A stretch of DNA of 36,707 bases. Source: a virus (lineage: Duplodnaviria; Heunggongvirae; Uroviricota; Caudoviricetes). Location of the stretch: the IMG/VR virus record IMGVR_UViG_2698536471_000008, one strand, 5' to 3'. The notes beneath the pieces were generated by a model. That model was not told the origin of the DNA and searched no databases. It saw only the letters and a list, made by a program, of their open reading frames with translations. The translations under genes and the position numbers were made by a program. Positions 30,126-36,707 of this stretch are shown here, one piece after another (the first letter of the stretch is position 1; each line of letters starts with the position of its first letter).

Positions 30126-31318
30126 TAATCATCATCCCCGTACAGTTTGCGGGTAACTTCTTCGTCTTCCTCCTCGTCTTCGTCCAGATCCTGTTCAAGC
30201 CATGCTTCGTTTGATATGCCTTCCGCATCGACATCACCATAACCACCTGTATCGACGATATCGGCAATTTCTTCTCTACGATGCTCAATCCACAATGCGG
30301 CATCAGCGCGGCGGCTGGCGGCCCGTTCTCGCGCGATTTTATCCAGATCTTCAAGTGATGGAGCGCCAGATGCTGTTTGGTTTTCCTCATCATCGGTATT
30401 GGTCTTAGGAGCACGCAGATCGGCTTTGATTTGCTCCAGCATCAGGGGAGGCACTTTTCCTCCATGCGCCTCGATGAATTCAGCCGCTTCCAGCACTGAC
30501 CAGTTATTTTCACGCTTTCGTTCGTATGCCAGCTTAACAATGCCAGCTTGCCCCATAGATAAAGCGTGCTTTTCCGCCTCCCGGCTTTCTTTTCGATAGT
30601 TATTCCGGATGCTGTAAATGGTGTTGATCAGGCTGCTTATCTGCGCGGAACAGCTGTTTAGCATGCTCGCGATACGGTATTCAGGCGGAGTACCTTCATC
30701 ATCGTCTTTTTGCTGATCGCGCATTTCCTGCACCAGGCGAATACACGTATCCCTGGCGTTCTCCAGCATAAGGAGATGAGAAAGAGACTTTTCAAGAAGA
30801 GTGGTTTCCAGAACATCGGCCCCGGACCGACGCAACATAGCGCGCGCGGCCTTCCGCGCTTCAACGTTATCTATCAGGTAATCGCCAGCTTCGAATTCAA
30901 AGCGTTCACCATCATCATCCAGGGTGTCGCGTTCCAGGCGATCACGTAAGGTACGGTGGGCGCGGGTGATCACGTCATGATCATCAGAACGATCATTTAT
31001 GCGCTTATTTTGGCGCTTAGCGTTCTCGACTGCGGCACTGACAACAGCATTAACTCTTTGTTTTTCAGCCATTTCAGCCACAATGTGATCACATGCACGT
31101 TGATCATTAGCGTGATCAATGATCATGCTTTTTAGAGGCTTCCTGACTGGCTTATTTGGCTTGCGGCTGTCCGCTGTCCTGGTGTCTTCTTTGAAGGCAC
31201 GGAGATAACGACGTGCGGTATTAGGGTTAAGATTAAACTCGGCGGCATACTGTGCGATGGTGTAACCACCATCTCGCGCCAGGCGAGCAAAATTCTTCTT
31301 GTGATCGTCCCAGGTCAC
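30125..31318 (-). CDS. pacA: Terminase small / pac-recognition subunit PacA
   Basis: 397 aa with acidic C-terminal tail; contains the TGATCA pac elements inside its coding sequence as in P1. Confidence 0.9.
30967..31125. other. pac packaging site: seven TGATCA/CGATCA hexamers (3 + 4) flanking the cleavage region
   Basis: Hexamers at 30967-30972, 30978-30983, 30990-30995 and 31086-31091, 31101-31106, 31113-31118, 31120-31125; each carries a GATC Dam site. Confidence 0.75.
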
Positions 31319-31404
31319 TTATGCTTCCTTTCGTATAAAACTCTTTTTGACGCGAGGGTAACGAAAGTCACATGTCAAAAGGCCCGGAACGGGCAAGCAA
31401 TCAA

Positions 31405-31857
31405 TCAGATACGTGCGGATGTGGCATTACCGTAATGACGGTGCTGACGGACCACCTTATTGAAAAGTTGACGCGCCATCACCCAAGGCTGGTGCTCCCG
31501 GCGTTCCTTTTCGTCCTGCGTCATATAGAGTTCGTTCTGGAGTTTTTCATCAAACCGGCGCGGAGCGCGGCTGCGGCGAAAGAATTCAGGATTCAGAGAG
31601 TGGATCTGAAATCTACGTGGGCGTGTACTGTCATCAATCAAAACAGACGAATACTTAGACACAGCGATAGCCTTTAAGCGCAGATAAACATCGCGCTTAT
31701 CGACATCCAGATGCGGGTATTCCTTTTCAAGAATTGCTGCGAGTTCTTTCGCTGATAGAAGAGATTTAGTGCGGATCATGTAATCCGCAATCTCGTACGA
31801 TGTTATTCGTGAGTGATTTATTTCCATGAAGTGGCGTCCCTGCCAGTTAAGTAACAT
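31405..31857 (-). CDS. lpa: Lpa late promoter activator (by position and size)
   Basis: 150-aa ORF between pacA and a C1 operator; AGGTGA SD 5 nt before the ATG. Confidence 0.6.
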   Translation of the reverse strand: MLLNWQGRHFMEINHSRITSYEIADYMIRTKSLLSAKELAAILEKEYPHLDVDKRDVYLRLKAIAVSKYSSVLIDDSTRPRRFQIHSLNPEFFRRSRAPRRFDEKLQNELYMTQDEKERREHQPWVMARQLFNKVVRQHRHYGNATSARI

Positions 31858-31927
31858 CCTGTCACCTACTGATTAGCCCATGTCAACTAATCAACGTCGA
31901 ATATAATACCCTCGATTAAAGAAATAG

Positions 31928-31944
31928 CAATACATTAGAGCAAT
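31928..31944. promoter_or_regulatory. C1 operator upstream of lpa (Op88-like)
   Basis: Minus-strand ATTGCTCTAATGTATTG, 14 of 17 to consensus. Confidence 0.6.
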
Positions 31945-31945
31945 T

Positions 31946-32989
31946 TTATCTAACGCTCGACGAATGACTTGTGATAGCGCCGACTCCAAGAGCGTAATCA
32001 AAGAACAATCGTTGATGCATCGCCAGCCTACCGTGCGTCTTCTCCCAATTATCGCGGTCACGCTCAATATCACGCTGGCATGACTGGCACAGAGGAATAG
32101 CATAAATGTCATGCGCGCATAATCGACTATGACGAACGATATAAGGCGTAATGTGAGCGCCAGCTCCCGCAGCTCCACAGCCACAGCATGGACGGGAAGC
32201 CACAAAGTCCATGTACTCGGGCAATTTTAGCGATTGAAGTTTTGGTATTTTGAAATGCGCCATACCTGGGTCGGAGTCAACATCCACAGGGCATACTTTT
32301 GCACGCATCGGCGCGGCGCGTTCTTCCATCATCTGAACATATGCTGTAGCGCGATCGTCATACGGGCGAATATCCGCCTCTTTCAGAGGTCCGCTATCCT
32401 GCGGAGTAGCCTTCATCTTATTTATTGATATGCGGCAGACTTCTTCCGGCATCAGGTGCATCATGTTGCGCATGAAAGCCCACCAGCACAGCTCCTGAAT
32501 ACTTAAATCATGGCTATTTGAAAGGCCCATTTCCTGACGGGCGACATCCAGTATCCAGTTAACGCGATTATTGTGCAGCGTTTCTTTCAGCTCATTAAAA
32601 CCACGCATCCGGTAATGGTTATCGTGATGCCAGCACAACAACACCGCGCTATTGTCTCGTTCAGCGTGGACAATATGGTTGTCACACCAACTACGATCTG
32701 CGGCCTGGCATTGACCCTCTTTCCTACGCAACCACGCCACCAGCGAGTCAATTCCACCAATACGGCGAAACAGTTCATCGCTGTTAAAAAACGGCTGCAA
32801 CGCCTCATTTGTTGCCATGGTTTGCTCGGTAACAACGAGGCCGTCTTCCATGTGCTCGATTAACTCACGCGGCACCGGCTCCATAATAAATTTACGGCCA
32901 GCCTCCACCAGCTTTCTGACCTCCTGATCCACTTTGAACGTGGCGAGGCCAAGCTCTTTCTGTACAAAGGGAGTAATTATGGCTTTCAC
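31946..32989 (-). CDS. Hypothetical protein with Cys/His-rich C-terminus (PdcB position)
   Basis: 347-aa ORF downstream of doc; C-terminal CCGCG...H...C...H...CQSCQ cluster suggests metal binding. Confidence 0.45.
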   Translation of the reverse strand: MKAIITPFVQKELGLATFKVDQEVRKLVEAGRKFIMEPVPRELIEHMEDGLVVTEQTMATNEALQPFFNSDELFRRIGGIDSLVAWLRRKEGQCQAADRSWCDNHIVHAERDNSAVLLCWHHDNHYRMRGFNELKETLHNNRVNWILDVARQEMGLSNSHDLSIQELCWWAFMRNMMHLMPEEVCRISINKMKATPQDSGPLKEADIRPYDDRATAYVQMMEERAAPMRAKVCPVDVDSDPGMAHFKIPKLQSLKLPEYMDFVASRPCCGCGAAGAGAHITPYIVRHSRLCAHDIYAIPLCQSCQRDIERDRDNWEKTHGRLAMHQRLFFDYALGVGAITSHSSSVR

Positions 32990-33016
32990 ATCACACCTTT
33001 AATCACTGATTGGGCT

Positions 33017-33196
33017 TTATCTGCTGCCCGGCATTCTCTGTTTAAGCACAACCATTTCCTGACGGCATAACACAGCAATAGCGGTCCTGACTCCAATTTG
33101 CTTACCGACCAGGTATTGCTTTACCTTGCGGCGGCTCACGCCATCAAGAAGCATCTTTAACGCTTCACGGGACAACTTGTTGTATTTACGTGCCAT
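33017..33196 (-). CDS. Small basic HTH-like protein (PdcA position)
   Basis: ATG at 33196 lies 4 nt after the doc stop with GGAG upstream; 59 aa; the track start at 33217 overlaps doc. Confidence 0.4.
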   Translation of the reverse strand: MARKYNKLSREALKMLLDGVSRRKVKQYLVGKQIGVRTAIAVLCRQEMVVLKQRMPGSR

Positions 33197-33200
33197 TAAT

Positions 33201-33581
33201 CTACTCCGCAGAACCATACAATCTACGTAACGTGTCGGCGACAGAAGATACAGATATCTCGCCAGTCGCAGCGCCTACGGTAAGGTCTGCCAGTTCAGGT
33301 GAATCAAATACCTGCACCCCGTTACGGCGTAGAAATAGCAGCGCACTGTTTAGCGCGGTACGCTTATTGGCATCATTGAATATATGCCCTCTCGCTGTAG
33401 CCACCAGGTAGGTGGCGGAGACTTCGAAAAGGTCGGTGATCTCTTCGTAGGCAACTCTGGCCTGAACTCTCCCGATAATGGCCTCTGCCCTACCCGGATC
33501 AGACATTCCCGGCAGGCCGCCGTAGCGGCTTATATTCGCATCATGAAGCGCAACAAGTTCTTCCGGTGATATATGTCTCAT
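33201..33581 (-). CDS. doc: Doc toxin (Fic-fold kinase)
   Basis: 126 aa with Fic motif HIFNDANKR; start overlaps the phd stop (TGATG). Confidence 0.9.
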
Positions 33582-33802
33582 TATCGGTTAACCAGTTCCT
33601 TGTTGGTGGAGTCCAGGGTGTCAAACAGGGATGCAAATTCAGCATCCAGCGCCGCTTTTTTGTAGGCTTCGAAAGTAGCCTTGCTGACAATTACTGCTGG
33701 CTCACGGCCTCTGCGGGTGATTTCAACCTCTTCCCCGGCTTCAACATTGTTGAGCACTTCAGAAAGGTTGCCACGCGCGGTACGGAAGTTAATGGATTGC
33801 AT
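33581..33802 (-). CDS. phd: Phd antitoxin
   Basis: 73-aa product [49 protein letters not shown]...; classic phd-doc arrangement. Confidence 0.9.
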   Translation of the reverse strand: MQSINFRTARGNLSEVLNNVEAGEEVEITRRGREPAVIVSKATFEAYKKAALDAEFASLFDTLDSTNKELVNR

Positions 33803-33874
33803 AAACACCTCGTGTACTCGTTATGTGTACACAATTATAAACTTCACAGGCATAAAGCACCAGCACTTTGCAGC

Positions 33875-34264
33875 TTAAATAACCGGACAATCATCAAATT
33901 CCCCACTTCGGGCATCATTGATGACATGAGTGATCACACCAAAAACAGCATTACTGCCCGTGTATCCATCGTCATCTACTGGTAACGCCTCTTTCTTCCC
34001 GGTGCTTAAGTCCTCCAGGTGCTGGCGCGGATACTTCCTGTATCTCTTTATGCGATATTCACCCTCCATAGCGCACACAAGCAGAGAACCATCAACCGGA
34101 GTAAGCGAGGAATCAACCACCAGCAAAGCACCCTGCAATATTCCCTCACGGTGATGGCTATCAGCTGCCCGCATGAAGTAGGTCGCTGAAGGATGTCTAA
34201 TTATCTGCTGATCAAGAGAAATTCGGCTTTCAACATAATCCGCCGCAGGAGAAGGGAAGCCCAT
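33875..34264 (-). CDS. humD: HumD, UmuD'-like SOS mutagenesis protein
   Basis: 129-aa LexA/UmuD-type C-terminal-domain-like protein; perfect LexA box just upstream. Confidence 0.75.
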   Translation of the reverse strand: MGFPSPAADYVESRISLDQQIIRHPSATYFMRAADSHHREGILQGALLVVDSSLTPVDGSLLVCAMEGEYRIKRYRKYPRQHLEDLSTGKKEALPVDDDGYTGSNAVFGVITHVINDARSGEFDDCPVI

Positions 34265-34282
34265 AGCGTTTTACCTCAATGA

Positions 34283-34302
34283 TACTGTTTATTCATACAG
34301 TA
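34283..34302. promoter_or_regulatory. LexA (SOS) box upstream of humD
   Basis: TACTGTTTATTCATACAGTA fits CTGT-N8-ACAG perfectly. Confidence 0.7.
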
Positions 34303-34387
34303 TACATTGAAAAGGCATAGTTTGTGAAAGCGGGGTTTGTAGGCGCGCCACGCTGGGGGCTAATCACATTTCTCCCCCATCTTGCCG

Positions 34388-34639
34388 TTATTTTTTTGGT
34401 GCATCCTCGTTCTGATACACCGGATCGCTCCCTTTTGGCAACTGGAGGCTTAACTGCCGGTAGTGCCGTAGCCGTTCCATGAAATAGGCGCGCAGGTTTT
34501 CCGGTTGCTCACGGGCCACCTGCTCTGCAATCACAGGTATATTCAGCCGTTCTTTGTAAGCAACGCCGCTGGCGGCAAGGTCTACGTTCACCTTGTCTCG
34601 CTCTTCCTGGCTTTTAGCTGCTATATTTCGATCTGACAC
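34388..34639 (-). CDS. hot: Hot, homolog of DNA polymerase III theta subunit
   Basis: 83-aa product with [33 protein letters not shown], closely resembling E. coli HolE (theta) as I recall it. Confidence 0.8.
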   Translation of the reverse strand: MSDRNIAAKSQEERDKVNVDLAASGVAYKERLNIPVIAEQVAREQPENLRAYFMERLRHYRQLSLQLPKGSDPVYQNEDAPKK

Positions 34640-35006
34640 AAGAAACCTCCAGGAGTTAGTGGATCAGGCACATGCACAATAACGTTCTCAATGTTAGCCG
34701 TTCAATTCAGACAATCAGAGACTGCACCAGTGTGGTGGCATCAATCCCATTGCGGAACAGCATAGACGAACTGCAAATTCGTGTATTGAATCCGAATCAG
34801 GCTAATAAGCAATTGCGCTTTATTTTGACGCTGAAAAGTGAAACAGAGGGGATAAAGCACAGCGTAAAAGTGTTTTCTGAGGCCATTCTGCTTAATGGGA
34901 AGCTCCGGCATCTGGTAAGGCCAGAACGTCAATATCCTGACGTCCTGGCGCGTGAAAAAGACCTTCTTTCTGAAGTTCAGGATAGGGTGATCGATTTCGT
35001 CAAATG

Positions 35007-35291
35007 CTATCCCCTGCATTGAGGGCAGGTGTTCCCTTCCGCAAAGTAGGGAAAATTGCTATCAAGTTCATCACACCATCTGCGATGGTCGTAGCACCAA
35101 AACGCCTCCCACGGTGCACGGAAATACTTCATCCACCAGGACACTCGATCAGGTATATCTGCTGGTGGCAGTTCTTCTGGCAATAATTTGCCTGATAATT
35201 CCCTTTCCGCCCGCGACAGCATTTTTTTGAGGCTCGCGTTCTCTTTTTCAAGCTCATCTACGCGCACCTGTAATTCAGCTTTCGTTGGCAT
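35007..35291 (-). CDS. Hypothetical coiled-coil protein with C-terminal CPQC zinc-ribbon-like motif
   Basis: ATG at 35291 with GAGGTGG upstream, overlapping the end of the preceding gene; the longer track ORF to 35372 is less likely. Confidence 0.4.
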   Translation of the reverse strand: MPTKAELQVRVDELEKENASLKKMLSRAERELSGKLLPEELPPADIPDRVSWWMKYFRAPWEAFWCYDHRRWCDELDSNFPYFAEGNTCPQCRG

Positions 35292-35910
35292 GGTCCACCT
35301 CATGCTTTTCAGCCACCAGCGGCAATAAAGCCCTGGCCATCTTATGAACCAATAGTGCATCAATAATGCCAAGCGTATGCCCCGGCTTAATGTTTAATGC
35401 CGCCTCAAGGTGACACCTTTCCAGGTCACTTTTCTCGGCTTGTTTATGATGATCTGGTGTAATAACGTCGCCCAAAACACGGCTAATTCTTTCTCGTAAT
35501 TGCTGGGTGCCAGCACACTTGATCGCTGTATCGTGGAGACGGTTAACCAGTTCGCGATAAACATGCGGCTTAATGCGGATACGTTCACCGGTGACGCCCT
35601 TTCCTGGCGCTGGCACCGAACTATCCGGAATATCCGGATAGTTGCCAGCCTCGTAAGCTACCCACAGCCAGTGCATGAATGTTTCAGTGGACACACAACC
35701 ACAGTCCACATCGATTTTTCCGCGTTGCTGTTCCAGCCAATGCTCAAAATTCAATCTACACGTATTACTTTCATGTTGCTCTTTTTGTCTCAAGGCCAGC
35801 ATCTGCTGGGCTATTTCCAATACTTCATCTGCCGTATATCCAGCACCGTGACCATACATTTCGATACGGGAAATAATCTCTGATATGCGCTCTTCAGTGA
35901 TTCTGGTCAT
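35275..35910 (-). CDS. Hypothetical protein
   Basis: ATGA overlap with the stop of the upstream membrane-protein gene suggests the start at 35910; the track start at 35925 is also possible. Confidence 0.5.
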   Translation of the reverse strand: MTRITEERISEIISRIEMYGHGAGYTADEVLEIAQQMLALRQKEQHESNTCRLNFEHWLEQQRGKIDVDCGCVSTETFMHWLWVAYEAGNYPDIPDSSVPAPGKGVTGERIRIKPHVYRELVNRLHDTAIKCAGTQQLRERISRVLGDVITPDHHKQAEKSDLERCHLEAALNIKPGHTLGIIDALLVHKMARALLPLVAEKHEVDHANES

Positions 35911-36281
35911 TTCTTTTTGCGCCATTTCTTTTCACATTCCTTAGTCCATTTTTCAATGTTCATTTTGGCAATATCAGTCATTCCATCACCTAAGAAATAC
36001 TTTTTCCGGTACGTCTTGCACTGAAACCACACTACAACAGCCACCAGCCAGAAAATAAAAGGCCATACGGCAATACCAACTCCAGCCGCGATAAAGCCCA
36101 ATATCCATAAATGAAGCTCTCCAACTTCTGTTTCCGGCAATATTCTTAAAGAATTAAACAGCAGGCTGAACGAATGGTCGTATGCATTGGCAGTATAAGA
36201 CATGCAATCCATATAATTAAAGTCATAGCCTGCGGCTGCCGCCCATAATGGGCGGTCAAGAAAATGTTTTAGTGTCATCAT
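35907..36281 (-). CDS. Hypothetical membrane protein
   Basis: Long hydrophobic segment LHLWILGFIAAGVGIAVWPFIFWLVAVVVWF and Lys-rich C-terminus. Confidence 0.5.
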   Translation of the reverse strand: MMTLKHFLDRPLWAAAAGYDFNYMDCMSYTANAYDHSFSLLFNSLRILPETEVGELHLWILGFIAAGVGIAVWPFIFWLVAVVVWFQCKTYRKKYFLGDGMTDIAKMNIEKWTKECEKKWRKKK

Positions 36282-36287
36282 ATTAAT

Positions 36288-36581
36288 TTAAGGTTCAGAC
36301 CAGTTATCTTCAATAGCAATGCTTAATCTTTGTAGCCATTCTGCTAATTTCAGCATTGCTTCTCTTTCGCTTAAACCACACGGAAAATCATCAAGCGATA
36401 TTGTTGGCTTGAAGTTTCCCAAATTATCCATTTCAACGGTCAGATTTTGCTCCAGAACGGTATTTCTTACGCGGCTATTGTGCCGAAGCAAATATACTGA
36501 ACGTGATTTATTGGTTTTGTGGTCGAACGTATATTCGGTAAGTATCATCTGACTTCCGCCATGATTATTACCGCGCCACAT
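36288..36581 (-). CDS. Hypothetical protein
   Basis: 97-aa ORF co-oriented with and tightly spaced to the downstream genes. Confidence 0.45.
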   Translation of the reverse strand: MWRGNNHGGSQMILTEYTFDHKTNKSRSVYLLRHNSRVRNTVLEQNLTVEMDNLGNFKPTISLDDFPCGLSEREAMLKLAEWLQRLSIAIEDNWSEP

Positions 36582-36707
36582 AATTACTCCGTGTTAATTG
36601 AAATTTAGCTATTAATCTTCACTTTTATCGCGAACACCTTTACCGGTTTATCACCGAAGTGTGGATGTGTGATTGTTTTTATTTCATATCCGTCATACGG
36701 GACATCA

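Noticed and set aside
34672-35022. Plus-strand 116-aa ORF between hot and the downstream minus-strand genes
   Set aside because: The only plus-strand ORF in a run of minus-strand genes, with no clear RBS, and it overlaps a coupled minus-strand ORF.

Overview
This window reads as a segment of a P1-like temperate phage / plasmid-prophage, with gene order matching P1 across about 50 genes. From left to right it holds: a cix-like crossover site and the Cin invertase; a plus-strand lysis/antirestriction operon (holin-like genes, Hdf-like, DarA, DdrA-like, DdrB-like); a minus-strand ssb operon; the SAR-type lysozyme; portal and head-protease genes; the 2255-aa DarB (methyltransferase + helicase); ulx/lxc; then mat, ref, cra, cre and an exact loxP 34-mer; the immunity region (coi, c1, with several C1 operators); the pacB/pacA terminase genes with the TGATCA pac site inside pacA; lpa; phd/doc; humD with a LexA box; and hot. 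Two places differ from what I remember of P1 and are the main hunt results. (1) Where P1 carries the EcoP1 res/mod genes there is instead a single AT-rich gene for a RelA/SpoT-type (toxSAS) nucleotidyltransferase, best explained as a CapRel-type fused toxin-antitoxin defence gene. (2) Where P1 carries IS1 between isaA and isaB there is an uninterrupted two-gene cassette whose second gene is a paralog of the terminase large subunit PacB with degenerate Walker A and Walker B motifs and no nuclease domain. Other observations include a candidate small RNA between ref and cra, a terminator-like hairpin immediately upstream of ref, a 36-bp tandem duplication in darA, an HEXXH motif in the DdrB-like protein, and several conserved regulatory structures. 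All assignments rest on motifs read by eye, synteny and recalled family knowledge; no database search or computation was run, and several names are given by position only.
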